Positions 29,382 through 39,685 of a stretch of DNA of 64,000 bases are shown one piece after another. The notes beneath the pieces are model-generated. The model saw nothing but the letters and a program-made list of their open reading frames with translations. It did no database searches and was not told where the DNA came from. Position numbers and translations under genes: made by a program. Position 1 is the first letter of the stretch; the number at the start of each line of letters is the position of its first letter. Origin of the DNA: an uncultured bacterium (GTDB taxonomy: Bacteria; Krumholzibacteriota; Krumholzibacteriia; WVZY01); assembly GCA_964464035.1 (NCBI GenBank), contig CAYXEN010000006.1:649-64648 (forward strand). The letters run 5' to 3'.

Positions 29382-30506
29382 ATGCGGCCGAGATACATCA
29401 CCAAGCTCTTACATATGAAAGATATGAACGAAAGGGAGAGGTTGAGGTTGGGAATAGTCACCGATAGATTCGCTTTTCGCGCCAATGAATACTATTTGTC
29501 GCTCATAGACTGGGATGATCCCGATGATCCGATCAAGCGCATCGTCGTGCCCGATATCGACGAATTGGAGCCGTGGGGAGAGCTCGATGCTTCATCGGAA
29601 AGCGAGTACAAGAAAGCTCGCGCCCTGGAGCACAAGTATTCTTCGGTGGCTCTTCTTCTCGTGAGTGACGTATGCGGCGCTTTCTGCCGGTTTTGTTTCC
29701 GCAAGCGATTGTTCATGAACGGTAACGATGAAGCGGCGCATGACGTGTCCGAGGAGATCGAGTACATTCGAAAGCATCCTGAGATCACCAACGTTCTTCT
29801 CTCCGGGGGTGACCCCCTGATCCTTTCGACCCGCAAGTTGGAAAAGATAATAAGCGCGCTCCGGTCGATCGATCACGTCGAGATAATAAGGATCGGCACC
29901 AAGCTCCCCGTTTTCAATCCTTACAGGGTGCTGGAGGACCCGTCACTCCCCGAGATGCTCGCAAGGCACAGCACGAAGAACAAGAGGATCTACATAGTCA
30001 CGCATTTCAATCATCCCAGGGAGCTGACGGATGTAGCGATCGAGGGCATGGACGTCCTTCGCAAAGCGGGCACGATTCTCGTCAACCAGACTCCCCTCAT
30101 AAGGGGAGTGAACGACGATGCCGAAGTGCTGGCGGAGTTGTTCAACAAGCTTTCTTACTACGGCATTCCTCCTTACTATGTCTTTCAATGTCGCCCCACT
30201 CTCGGCAACAAGCCCTACGCGGTACCCATCGAAGAGGGCTACATGATCTTCGAAGGCGCGAAAAGCATGTGTTCCGGCGTCGCCAAGAGAGCGAGATACG
30301 TGATGTCCCACTCCACGGGCAAGATAGAGATAGTCGGCTTGACGGATACGCGCATCTACTTCAAGTACCATCGCGCGGCCGACCCGGAGAACAGCGGCAA
30401 GTTCATGATCTTCAGGCGCAACCCAGAAGCGTACTGGTTCGACGACTTCATCGGTGACGTAGTGGAGAGTTCGGGTTGTATCACCGCCTGCCAGGGCGGG
30501 GATTGA
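29382..30506 (+). CDS. KamA (lysine 2,3-aminomutase) family radical SAM enzyme
   Basis: LEHKY, CGAFCRFCFRK, VLLSGGDPL, IRIGTK, THFNHPRE, NQTPLIRGVND, PYY. Confidence 0.88.
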   Translation: MRPRYITKLLHMKDMNERERLRLGIVTDRFAFRANEYYLSLIDWDDPDDPIKRIVVPDIDELEPWGELDASSESEYKKARALEHKYSSVALLLVSDVCGAFCRFCFRKRLFMNGNDEAAHDVSEEIEYIRKHPEITNVLLSGGDPLILSTRKLEKIISALRSIDHVEIIRIGTKLPVFNPYRVLEDPSLPEMLARHSTKNKRIYIVTHFNHPRELTDVAIEGMDVLRKAGTILVNQTPLIRGVNDDAEVLAELFNKLSYYGIPPYYVFQCRPTLGNKPYAVPIEEGYMIFEGAKSMCSGVAKRARYVMSHSTGKIEIVGLTDTRIYFKYHRAADPENSGKFMIFRRNPEAYWFDDFIGDVVESSGCITACQGGD

Positions 30507-30523
30507 ATCGCCCGATAGAGTAA

Positions 30524-30556
30524 AGCGCCCGGAGCCCCGGGCGCTCCTTTTCTTTC
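30524..30556 (+). terminator. Rho-independent terminator
   Basis: AGCGCCCGG-AGCC-CCGGGCGCT followed by CCTTTTCTTTC. Confidence 0.75.
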
Positions 30557-30633
30557 TTTATATTCCCTCCAGGTTGCGTTATCATCTAAACTTCTCGTAA
30601 ATGTTCTCGGTTGTTCATGTCGGGAGGTTATGA

Positions 30634-32322
30634 ATGAGGCTGGTCGAGTGTGTGCCGAATTTCAGTGAGGGAAGGGATCGTTCGATAATCGACGCGATCG
30701 CCGCCGCCATCGAAGGCTCCGAAAAAACCTATCTGCTGGACGTCGATCCGGGCAAGGACACCAACCGCACCGTGATCACGTTCGTTTCCGATTACGACTA
30801 CGCCGTGGAAGCGGCTTTCCGCGCCATAGAGGAGGCTTCCCGCCTCATCGATATGAGCAAGCACAAGGGAGCTCACGCGAGGCTGGGAGCGACGGATGTA
30901 TGCCCCTTCGTTCCGGTGAGGGGGGTGACGATGGAAGATTGCGTGGAATTGGCGCATCGGCTGGGCAAAAGGGTCGGTGAAGAGCTGGGCATCCCGGTCT
31001 ACTTATATGAATTCGCTGCAACGAGGGAAGAACGCAGGAACCTCGCCGACATCCGCTCCGGTGAATACGAGGGGTTGAGGGAAAAACTGAAGGATCCCGC
31101 ATGGAAGCCGGACTATGGCCCGGCGGAGTTCAATCCCCGAAGCGGAGCGACCGTGATCGGAGCGCGCGAGTTTCTCATAGCCTACAACGTGAATCTCAAC
31201 ACGAAGGATCGCCGGATCGCGCACGACATCGCTCTGAGTATCCGCGAAGCGGGGAGGATCAAGCGGGACGAGCAGGGCAGGATCGTCCGCGATGAGAACG
31301 GCAAGGCCGTGAAGATTCCCGGCACCCTGAAAGCGGTCAAAGCGGTGGGCTGGTACATCGATGAGTACAAGAGAGCGCAGGTCTCGATCAACCTGGTGGA
31401 CTACCACGTGACTCCACCCGAAGTCGCTTTCGAAGAGGTGAAGAGGCAGGCGGAGATGCGCGGCGTGAGGGTCACGGGAAGCGAGCTCGTGGGATTGATC
31501 CCGCTGGAAGCGATGCTGCAGGCCGGGAGGTACTACCTTGAATTGCAGGGAAAATCTCCCGGTGTCCCCCAGAGCGAACTCATCGAAACTGCGGTGCAGT
31601 CCCTTTCACTCGATGATCTCACTCCCTTCGACCCGGCTCAGAAGATAATAGAGTTCAGAGTCGCCGAACCCTCTCCCCTCGCCGAGGGCTCGCTGCGTGC
31701 GTTCATCGACGAGACGTCCGTGGATTCGCCCGTTCCCGGCGGCGGAAGTGTTTCCGCCTTGGCCGGCGCGCTGGCGTCCGCCTTGACTTCCATGGTGGCC
31801 AACCTCACCGTGGGCAAGAAGGGATACGAGAAGCACGGCGAGACGATGAAAGAGACGGCCTCGAAGGCCCAGGAGCTCAAGGATCGCTTCCTCAGGGCGG
31901 TGGACGAAGATGCGAGAGCCTTCGACCGGGTCATGGAGGCGATGCGGCTTCCCAAGAAAAGCGACGAGGAGAAGGCGCTGCGCGCCGAGCGGATAAAGGA
32001 AGCGACGATCGGGGCGATAGAAGTCCCGCTCGGCGTGCTTCGGGATTGCGGGGAGGCGGTGGAGTTGGCGGCGACCGTCGCCGAATCCGGCAATCGGAAT
32101 TCATTGAGCGATGCCGGCGTTGCGGCCCACGCGCTGAGAGCGGCCGCCAACGGCGCCTACCTGAACGTGCTCATCAACCTCGGAGAACTCGAAGACGAGC
32201 GCTACGTGAAGGCGACCGGAGAGGAAGCGCGGAATCTCCTGGATGCGGTCGTGAAGCGATGCGACGAATTGGCGGCGCAGGTGGCAAGTTCGATCGCGAG
32301 CGGCGGGGGCGATGCGTCATGA
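30634..32322 (+). CDS. ftcD: Fused glutamate formiminotransferase / formiminotetrahydrofolate cyclodeaminase
   Basis: LVECVPNFSEGR, HKGAHARLGATDVCPFVP, GAREFLIAYNVN; C-terminal SPVPGGGSVSA, SDAGVA. Confidence 0.93.
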   Translation: MRLVECVPNFSEGRDRSIIDAIAAAIEGSEKTYLLDVDPGKDTNRTVITFVSDYDYAVEAAFRAIEEASRLIDMSKHKGAHARLGATDVCPFVPVRGVTMEDCVELAHRLGKRVGEELGIPVYLYEFAATREERRNLADIRSGEYEGLREKLKDPAWKPDYGPAEFNPRSGATVIGAREFLIAYNVNLNTKDRRIAHDIALSIREAGRIKRDEQGRIVRDENGKAVKIPGTLKAVKAVGWYIDEYKRAQVSINLVDYHVTPPEVAFEEVKRQAEMRGVRVTGSELVGLIPLEAMLQAGRYYLELQGKSPGVPQSELIETAVQSLSLDDLTPFDPAQKIIEFRVAEPSPLAEGSLRAFIDETSVDSPVPGGGSVSALAGALASALTSMVANLTVGKKGYEKHGETMKETASKAQELKDRFLRAVDEDARAFDRVMEAMRLPKKSDEEKALRAERIKEATIGAIEVPLGVLRDCGEAVELAATVAESGNRNSLSDAGVAAHALRAAANGAYLNVLINLGELEDERYVKATGEEARNLLDAVVKRCDELAAQVASSIASGGGDAS

Positions 32323-32904
32323 TCCCGCGAGGCAGGTAGCCCCGTCGGGATCCTCGATGGCGCCGCATGAAGACAGTTTTTCGAGACGTCTCTCGAAGTG
32401 AACTATGTAGTTTCGCATCCCGGCACCGCGCAGGCGGATGCATTCCAAGGCCGATGCGTACATCATCTTCGCCCCCCACGGTGAGATCCCTCCATCCTTG
32501 TCGATCAACCGCCTGGGAATAGTCAAGTAACAGGGCGGCGTGTCGTTCAACGTCCAGTGTCTTGCAAGCGAGTAGAGATCGCAGCTCCTCTCGCCCTTCG
32601 GGATGCCGATTTCGCCCTGCAGGAGATGTATGAGTTCGTGGGCTATGGTGTGGTACGAGATCGCCGCCGGGTTGAACCAGATCTCCCTCCCCCCGGGCAC
32701 CGCCATCCCGCTGGCCGAGCGTGTGAGCCCGATTCTTATGGTCCTGGCCTTGAGCTCGGGAAAGAATCTCAATACGTAGTTGATCCTCGCCAGGACTCGT
32801 CTTCCCATCCTGTGTCCTGCAAGGGGCCGGGTCAGAACCAGCCGGCATACGTCCGCATCGCCGGTCGGCCGAAGGTCGAGCTCGAGTTGTTCGGATGTTT
32901 TCAT
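32317..32904 (-). CDS. Hypothetical zincin-like protein
   Basis: TIAHELIH (HExxH) followed by GERSCDLY; ATGA overlap with the upstream peptidase. Confidence 0.6.
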   Translation of the reverse strand: MKTSEQLELDLRPTGDADVCRLVLTRPLAGHRMGRRVLARINYVLRFFPELKARTIRIGLTRSASGMAVPGGREIWFNPAAISYHTIAHELIHLLQGEIGIPKGERSCDLYSLARHWTLNDTPPCYLTIPRRLIDKDGGISPWGAKMMYASALECIRLRGAGMRNYIVHFERRLEKLSSCGAIEDPDGATCLAGS

Positions 32905-33869
32905 CTATCTTCGACCAGTTTCCCCTTCTTCATTATGGTTTTTCCGTCCAGGGCAATGGTCGGCTTGAGTATTATGACGTCGATGTGGAGAGTGCTCTTG
33001 TTCCTGCCGCCGGGGTAGCTGGTATTGTCACCGAAAGCGATGTGGCACGTGCCGTATGCTTTCTCGTCCTCCAGGATCACGCCCGTGACTTTGGCTTGCT
33101 TGTTGGTGCCGATGGCGAACTCGGCGATGAAAGAAGCGTTCTTGTTGCCGTCCACCTGCATGCTTTCCTCTACGAGTCTCTTGAATCTCCTGCCGGAGGG
33201 CGTCCCCTCGTACTTGACTATGAAGCCTTCCTTGATCTCGAGACGGGTCGGCTCGGTAATGTATTCTCCGCACCTGTCCGCGACGAGAACGCCGTTCGCC
33301 GTCTTCGGTGCAAGCTCGGCTTCACCTCCGGGGAGGTTGGAGCAGGTTCCCTTGGCGGTTATGTTCCCGGAGCTCGCGACCGCACGGTTCCTGATGTCCA
33401 GCACCAGATCGCACCCCGAAGGCGAAGTCACGTGAGCCACCCTCGCCGAGTCGAGCATGGCGAAGATGGCGTTGCTCAACCGGGATATTTCCCGGTAATC
33501 GGCACCCAAGCCCCTGACGAAGATTTCGTCGGTTATTCCCGGCATGGTTGCGATGCGGGCTCCCAACTGGCATGCGCGTCTCCGCGCCCGCGTGTGGGTG
33601 ATGCTTGCCACCGTGGCTGCGACCACTACGTCGGCTTTCGCCATGGCTTCGCCGACGAGGCGGGGCGGCTCCTCTCCGTTTATCTTGCCGGGTGGATAGT
33701 AGAGCAACGCGGCTTCGGCGCCCAGCTTCAGCCCCTCGCGATAGAGTGATTCGCCTATTCTCTCCATCTCGGGATTGACGACCACAAGGAGCTTCTCCCC
33801 CTTTTTCAATCCCAGGTATTGCGTGAGAGCCGTTTCGGCGGCACGAGCCATCTTCTTGTCGCTTACCAT
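32901..33869 (-). CDS. Aminopeptidase, M29 / leucyl aminopeptidase T-like
   Basis: SITHT, RIATMPG, NLPGGEAELAP, IAEFAIGTN, ILEDEKAYGTCHIAFG, HID. Confidence 0.85.
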   Translation of the reverse strand: MVSDKKMARAAETALTQYLGLKKGEKLLVVVNPEMERIGESLYREGLKLGAEAALLYYPPGKINGEEPPRLVGEAMAKADVVVAATVASITHTRARRRACQLGARIATMPGITDEIFVRGLGADYREISRLSNAIFAMLDSARVAHVTSPSGCDLVLDIRNRAVASSGNITAKGTCSNLPGGEAELAPKTANGVLVADRCGEYITEPTRLEIKEGFIVKYEGTPSGRRFKRLVEESMQVDGNKNASFIAEFAIGTNKQAKVTGVILEDEKAYGTCHIAFGDNTSYPGGRNKSTLHIDVIILKPTIALDGKTIMKKGKLVEDR

Positions 33870-33916
33870 TATCGTTCCTTCAGTTTCACCCGGAAATACG
33901 TGCAACCGGGTGGAGT

Positions 33917-36900
33917 CTATTCAGCACCTGTGGTCCTGGAAAGGCTTTTCTTGATCACTCCGAGCAACTCCTCGGCGGTGAAAGGCTTTTCGATGCACGC
34001 AAGCCGCGTAGAAGAAAAGAAATCCTTGGTTTCCGTGTTGAGAGTGTCTCCGGTTATGAACAGGAGTTTCATTGCGGCTTCCGGCTTCTCCTCCGCAAGC
34101 CTTTCGTAGAGCTCCCGCCCGTCCATACCCGGCATCTTCATGTCGCTTATGATACAGTCGTAATCGGATGCTCTTATCATGTCCAGCGCGGATTCGGCAT
34201 CGGAGGAAGTATCTATCTTGCCGCAACGGTCTCTCAATATCTCGCATACGAGGTCCAGGATGGACTCCTCGTCGTCCACCACGAGAACGCTGTCCAGGGT
34301 GAAGTCGGTGGAGGAAGGTTCCTCGGTTGCGCGTGGGGCCGCCTCCTTCGGCTTCACCACCGGCAGCCTTATGGTGAAAAGGGCTCCTTCGCCCGGCTTG
34401 CTCTCCAGGGTGATGTCGCCGCCGTGCCTTCTTACTATGCGCTGGGATAGGCTCAGCCCGAGGCCGGTGCCCTTGTGAGGCAACTTGGTCGTGAAGAAGG
34501 GATCGAATATCCTGTCTTGTATCTCTTCGTGTATCCCGGGGCCGGTGTCGGATATCCTTATGTAAATGTTCCCGTCTCCGGAGTACGTCTCGATCGTGAG
34601 GGTGCCGCCGGACTTGGATTCGGCCATGGCCTGATGGGCGTTGTTCATTATGTTGAAGAACACCTGCTGGAGCAGGTGGGGATCTCCTCTTGTTTCCGGT
34701 ATGTCGGGAGCAAGCCGAGTCTCGATTTCTATGTTGCTCACCCTCAATTCGTATTCCTTGAGCTTCAGCAGTTCTTCTATGATGTCGTTCACGTTGATCG
34801 CCGTATCCTGCGAAGGATGCTTGCGGGTGAACCAGAGAAGGTTGGAAACGATCTTCTTGCACCTTACCGCCTCGCTCAGGATCTTGTTCAGTATTTCCAT
34901 CGTCTGGTCGTCGTAATCGCCGCGAGCCGCCAGCAGTTCGGAAAACCCGATCACGCCGGTGAGCGGGTTGTTCAGTTCGTGAGCAACGCTGGATATTACC
35001 TCGCCCAGCGCGGAGAGCTTCTCCGTCTGAAAGAGTTGTTCCTGCAGGGCTTGTCTTTCGCTGGCGTCGCGTATCGAGATGATGATACCGGCCGGAAGTT
35101 CATCCTCGCCCCTGTAGGGCGTCATGCTGAAATCCACGATCACGTAGAAGCCGTCTTTCCTCTTCAACCTTCTCTCGTTGTCCCTCACGGTCCCGGCGGT
35201 GACGACGTATTGCAGGAGGTTGCCGAAGTCGGTGCCCGCGGCGATCTCCCCGTCGGGGATGAGAAGCTCCTGGATACTCAGTTCTTCATCAGGGTGGTAT
35301 CCCAGGATTTCGTGGAAGGCCCTGTTGGTGGCCACGATCCTACCGGAACGATCCGTCACCAGGATCCCGTCACCGGTATTCTCCAATATGTTGTAGAGGA
35401 AGCGCTCCTTCTTGGAAATCTCGCGCATGGATTCTTCCAGGTTTCCTATCAGGCGGGCGTTCTCGATGGCCATGGCCGCTTGCAGAACTATGGTCTGGAG
35501 CACCGACAGGGTCTCTTCATCGAACGAATAGATGGAGTCCGAGAATATCTTTATACTTCCATGGAACTTGTCGCTGCTCGCAAGAGGAAATACTCCGGCG
35601 GCGCAATATGCATAATCGTGTTCGATCTCGCCATGCGCGACTACCTTGCAGCCCCCTTCGAAACTGATGAGTTTTGGGACCTGGTGGCTTTCTGCGCGGG
35701 AAACGGCTTCTTTGAGCAGCCTTTCGGAGTGCGGTTCAACGGTGAAATTCGCGTAGTGCTGCACTTCACCGGCTTTGTCCTTTGCATAAAAGCAGCCTTC
35801 TCCAAGATAGGATACGTCGGCTATGAAGCCGGGAAAACTCAATACCTCGATTATGGAGTGCTTCAGGCAGTCGACTATTTCGGCGATGCTTCTCGTCGCC
35901 GCAACGCGGTAGCCGGCGAGCTGGATCTCCCTTATCCGCTCGACGTCCCTCTCGAGAGACGTCAGGATCTCCAGCCTGTCGATGCCTATGCTGAGCTGGC
36001 TCACTACGGATTTGAGGAAGATCTTGTCCTCGTCCTTGGGTGTGTACGTCGAACTTCCGCCGAGTAATACTCCGAGGGGGCGGTAAGAACTTTTTATGGG
36101 CATGATGATGAAGGAGTTCAATTCTTTGTCTTGCCACAAGTTCTTGAGGCTTTCGGGGAGGCACTGGCACTCCTCGGGGTCTACGAGAAGGCAGAAGTCT
36201 TTCTTCTCTATGCATTCCTTGAAGTTTATCGATGTGGATGCAGGAATCGAGCTGGGCGGCTTTACTCCAGCCTTGGTCCCCGGCCATAATTCGTCCAGGT
36301 AGAGCTCGTCCGCGCCCTCGTCGAGGCCGTAGAACGCGCCGAAATCCATCTCGAAGAAATCAGCCACCTTGGCGAGAATAGTCGCGATGTAATCCCCGAC
36401 GTCGCGGTTGCGATAGGCCGCGGCGGCTATCTCGAAGAGGGTTTTCAACTCGTTCTCTCTTCTCCCGCGGGCCTTCTCGAGCTGTTTCTCGGCGCTTACC
36501 TCGCGGGAAATTATGAGCACTTCCCGGGTGGTGCCCGTGATGTCGCGTACGGGAAGAAAGACGGTCGAGTAGGCCTTGCCGGCCACTGTTCTTTCCGAGA
36601 CCGAGGGCTCACCCGTGGCGAAAACATCCCTGGCCGGCTCCCAATCGAGGAATGCCCCCTTTCCCCCGACCACGTCCTCTATTTTCAAGCTCCTTATTCG
36701 GTTCAGTTCGCCGAAATGTGATTCGAAGTAATGGTTGGCCCAGGTGATCCGGAATGAGTCGTCTATCTGGCATATGGCTGCGTCGAGAGTGGATATCACG
36801 CTCGAGAGCTTTTTCTTCTCCTGGGCTATGCTGCTCTCGAGCTTCTTGCGTATGGTTATGTCCTTGATGACGCAGACGATTCCAAGCGTCTTGTCGTCGT

Positions 36901-37678
36901 TGCTCTTGATGAGCGAAGAACTCATGTGAACGGCGATGCGGCGGGACCGCTTGTCGACCGTCTCGAGCTCTCCTTCCCATCGCGCTTGCTCCGTGAGCGT
37001 GCTTATGAAGCGTTGCACCTTGCCCTGCTTCCACTCGGGAGGGAGCAGCACTGCGAGGTTGGAGCTCAAAAGCTCGGCTCTGGTGAAGCCTGTGAGTTCG
37101 ATGAGATTGTCGTTGGCGAAGATTATGTTGCCCTTGGTGTCGGTGATCACGATGCAGTCACTCGTCGGCTTGATCACTTCCCCGGGTGGTACGATCGCCG
37201 CACCCGCAAGCTCCGTTGCTCCCACGTCGAGGTACATGTTTATGACCGCTTTTCTCCCATCGGCCAGGGAGACTGGAGCGGAGACGCATTCGGTGGTGGT
37301 TCCGTCGGGAAGAGTCGTTATGCCGCGCTGTTCCTTGCCCGCTTCGACGGCTCTATCGATTATGCTCGTATCTGGGGTGATGGCACCGGCGAACAGCGCG
37401 GGATAGGACTTGCCCTCGATGTCGTCTCCGAGGAGTTTCTTGGCTATTTCGTTGGCGTAGATGATCGTGTGATCGCCGGCGGTGACGTTTATGCCGTAGG
37501 GGACACGGGCCAAGAAGTTCCTGAGGGTGCCTAGCGTGTTCTCCGTCTTCTTCAGCTTGAGGCGGGCGAGTTTGAGCTCTTTTTCGAGAAGAAGGATCCT
37601 GTTCCTGAGGATCTTTTCGGAGGCGAACGCCGGGTTACCGGTCTGCTCGAGATTGCCTGGCTTGCCTGGCGTGCTCAT
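33917..37678 (-). CDS. Cytoplasmic hybrid sensor histidine kinase (PAS/GAF-HisKA-HATPase-REC)
   Basis: Several PAS segments, two GAF-like regions, AHELNNPL, NIMNNAHQA, DTGPGI, FFTTK, GTGLGL; REC VLVVDDE...ISDMKMPGMDG. Confidence 0.92.
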   Translation of the reverse strand: MSTPGKPGNLEQTGNPAFASEKILRNRILLLEKELKLARLKLKKTENTLGTLRNFLARVPYGINVTAGDHTIIYANEIAKKLLGDDIEGKSYPALFAGAITPDTSIIDRAVEAGKEQRGITTLPDGTTTECVSAPVSLADGRKAVINMYLDVGATELAGAAIVPPGEVIKPTSDCIVITDTKGNIIFANDNLIELTGFTRAELLSSNLAVLLPPEWKQGKVQRFISTLTEQARWEGELETVDKRSRRIAVHMSSSLIKSNDDKTLGIVCVIKDITIRKKLESSIAQEKKKLSSVISTLDAAICQIDDSFRITWANHYFESHFGELNRIRSLKIEDVVGGKGAFLDWEPARDVFATGEPSVSERTVAGKAYSTVFLPVRDITGTTREVLIISREVSAEKQLEKARGRRENELKTLFEIAAAAYRNRDVGDYIATILAKVADFFEMDFGAFYGLDEGADELYLDELWPGTKAGVKPPSSIPASTSINFKECIEKKDFCLLVDPEECQCLPESLKNLWQDKELNSFIIMPIKSSYRPLGVLLGGSSTYTPKDEDKIFLKSVVSQLSIGIDRLEILTSLERDVERIREIQLAGYRVAATRSIAEIVDCLKHSIIEVLSFPGFIADVSYLGEGCFYAKDKAGEVQHYANFTVEPHSERLLKEAVSRAESHQVPKLISFEGGCKVVAHGEIEHDYAYCAAGVFPLASSDKFHGSIKIFSDSIYSFDEETLSVLQTIVLQAAMAIENARLIGNLEESMREISKKERFLYNILENTGDGILVTDRSGRIVATNRAFHEILGYHPDEELSIQELLIPDGEIAAGTDFGNLLQYVVTAGTVRDNERRLKRKDGFYVIVDFSMTPYRGEDELPAGIIISIRDASERQALQEQLFQTEKLSALGEVISSVAHELNNPLTGVIGFSELLAARGDYDDQTMEILNKILSEAVRCKKIVSNLLWFTRKHPSQDTAINVNDIIEELLKLKEYELRVSNIEIETRLAPDIPETRGDPHLLQQVFFNIMNNAHQAMAESKSGGTLTIETYSGDGNIYIRISDTGPGIHEEIQDRIFDPFFTTKLPHKGTGLGLSLSQRIVRRHGGDITLESKPGEGALFTIRLPVVKPKEAAPRATEEPSSTDFTLDSVLVVDDEESILDLVCEILRDRCGKIDTSSDAESALDMIRASDYDCIISDMKMPGMDGRELYERLAEEKPEAAMKLLFITGDTLNTETKDFFSSTRLACIEKPFTAEELLGVIKKSLSRTTGAE

Positions 37679-37936
37679 AAGCGAGGCCTCTCTCACCTCC
37701 TTGGCGGTGATTCGTGTTCCGAAGTTTAAAAGCCTCTTGCCCGTAAGTGGAGGAGAAAAACGAGCCCCAAGCGCCCAAGTACGCTGGGTATCGATGCTAA
37801 GTCGAATCCTTGCATCAGGTTCAGCTTTTTGTCAACGTATTTTTGAGATGACCAGCGCGAATCCCGCGAAGCGGGCTTGCCGGCCGCAGGATCCAAAGGC
37901 TCCCACCGGAGCCTCCTCGCCGCGCGAAGAATCTTC

Positions 37937-37965
37937 TTGCATGTATTCGGATTAGCGAGTAACAT
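37937..37965 (+). promoter_or_regulatory. Putative sigma70 promoter of the pyr operon
   Basis: TTGCAT-N17-TAACAT directly before the attenuator leader. Confidence 0.6.
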
Positions 37966-37973
37966 CTCCAAAA

Positions 37974-38010
37974 CCGCCTTTTAATCTGGTCCGGGAGGCC
38001 AGGAAAGGAC
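37974..38010 (+). promoter_or_regulatory. PyrR-binding loop (anti-antiterminator)
   Basis: CCTTTTAATCTGGTCCGGGAGGCCAGGAAAGG matches the UUUAA...GUCC...GAGG PyrR element. Confidence 0.85.
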
Positions 38011-38030
38011 TGAGCATATATTCCAAGCCT

Positions 38031-38061
38031 AACCTCCTGGTGACCCGGGAGGGTTTTTTTT
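38031..38061 (+). terminator. pyr leader attenuator terminator
   Basis: AACCTCCTGG-TGAC-CCGGGAGGGTT followed by a T run; 5' arm can alternatively pair with CCAGGA at 37999-38004. Confidence 0.85.
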
Positions 38062-38102
38062 GCCCGCCCGGGCGAGCCGAAGCAGCGAGACAAGGAGGGC
38101 CC

Positions 38103-38648
38103 GTGGGAATAAGACGGAAAGCAGTGATCATGGATTCGGATCATATCCGCAGGGCGGTGAGGCGTATCGCGCACGAGATCGTCGAGCGCAATTCCGGAGT
38201 ATCCGGTCTCATAGTGGTGGGTGTGAGGAGGAGGGGGGTCTTTCTCGCCGAGAGGATTGCAGCCAGCCTGGAAGACATAGAAGGCGAGAAGGTCCCGGTC
38301 GGCGCCCTGGACATTACCCTCTACCGGGACGATTTCCAGGTCATAACGAACTGGCCCCGCGTGGGCAAGACCGAGATAAACGCGGACATAACGGCCAAGA
38401 TCATCGTTCTCGTGGACGACGTGCTCTTCACGGGACGCACCGTGAGGGCGGCCTTGGACGAACTCATCGATTTCGGAAGACCCAAGATGATCCAACTCGC
38501 AGTGCTGGTCGACCGCGGGCACAGGGAATTCCCCATAAAGGCCGACTACGTGGGCAAGAACATCCCCACCAGGGACGATGAAATCGTGGAAGTCCATCTC
38601 GCCGAACTCGACGGCAAGGACGAAGTTATCCTGGGGGAGATCGAATGA
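38103..38648 (+). CDS. pyrR: Bifunctional pyr operon attenuation regulator / uracil phosphoribosyltransferase
   Basis: [43 protein letters not shown]; GTG start after GGAGG. Confidence 0.95.
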   Translation: MGIRRKAVIMDSDHIRRAVRRIAHEIVERNSGVSGLIVVGVRRRGVFLAERIAASLEDIEGEKVPVGALDITLYRDDFQVITNWPRVGKTEINADITAKIIVLVDDVLFTGRTVRAALDELIDFGRPKMIQLAVLVDRGHREFPIKADYVGKNIPTRDDEIVEVHLAELDGKDEVILGEIE

Positions 38649-39661
38649 TGACCACTTTGAACAGGAAGGACCTTCTCGGACTGGAAGGAATGAGCGCCGA
38701 AGAGATCAACTTGATCCTGGACACGGCCGAGTCCTTCAAGGAGATCTCCGATCGGCCGGTGAAAAAGGTTCCCGCGCTGCGCGGCAAGACGATCGTGAAT
38801 CTCTTCTTCGAGCCGAGCACCCGGACGCGCACGAGTTTCGAGCTGGCCGAGAAGCGCCTGAGCGCAGACTCGGTCAACATCGCGAGCTCGACGAGTTCCG
38901 TTGTGAAAGGCGAAACGCTCAGGGACACGGCGGAGAATCTCCAGGCGATGAAGATAGATCTCATCGTGATCAGACACAGCAGCGCGGGCGCGCCTCATTT
39001 CCTCGCGGGATTGCTGGAAGCATCCGTCATAAACGCGGGGGACGGCTCGCACGAGCACCCCACGCAGGGTCTTCTCGATATCTTCACGCTCAGGCAGAAG
39101 CTCGGTGCGCTCGAGGGCAAGAAGATAACGATCGTCGGCGATATCACTCACAGCCGCGTGGTGAGATCGAACATTTTCGGCCTCACCGCCCTGGGAGCCG
39201 AGGTGACCTTGTGCGGGCCTCCGACCATGCTTCCGCCCCAGGTGGAGAGGCTCGGCGTGCGCGTGGAACCGGATCTTCGCAAGGCGGTGGCGGGTGCGGA
39301 CGCGGTCAACGTTCTGCGCATCCAGCTGGAGAGGCAGAAAGTGAACCTCTTCCCCAGCCTGAAGGAGTACAGCGAGGTCTACGGGATCAACCGCGAGGTG
39401 CTCTCCTGGATGAAACCCGAGTGCATAGTCATGCATCCAGGGCCGATGAACCGGGGCGTGGAGATAAGCCAGGACGTGGCCGACGGGGACAGGGCCGTGA
39501 TCCTCGAGCAGGTCACCAACGGCGTGGCGGTTCGCATGGCGGTCCTGTACTTGCTCTGCGAGGGAGCGGTGAGAGAGGAGGATCTCACCGGCAGGGAGAT
39601 TGCGGATACCACCGAGGCGGGAATGGTTTCTCCTGAAGAAAAACAGGGAATGGAAAGCTGA
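38645..39661 (+). CDS. pyrB: Aspartate carbamoyltransferase catalytic subunit
   Basis: [43 protein letters not shown]. Confidence 0.96.
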   Translation: MMTTLNRKDLLGLEGMSAEEINLILDTAESFKEISDRPVKKVPALRGKTIVNLFFEPSTRTRTSFELAEKRLSADSVNIASSTSSVVKGETLRDTAENLQAMKIDLIVIRHSSAGAPHFLAGLLEASVINAGDGSHEHPTQGLLDIFTLRQKLGALEGKKITIVGDITHSRVVRSNIFGLTALGAEVTLCGPPTMLPPQVERLGVRVEPDLRKAVAGADAVNVLRIQLERQKVNLFPSLKEYSEVYGINREVLSWMKPECIVMHPGPMNRGVEISQDVADGDRAVILEQVTNGVAVRMAVLYLLCEGAVREEDLTGREIADTTEAGMVSPEEKQGMES

Positions 39662-39685
39662 TCAGACGGAGATCGGGGGCAACGG

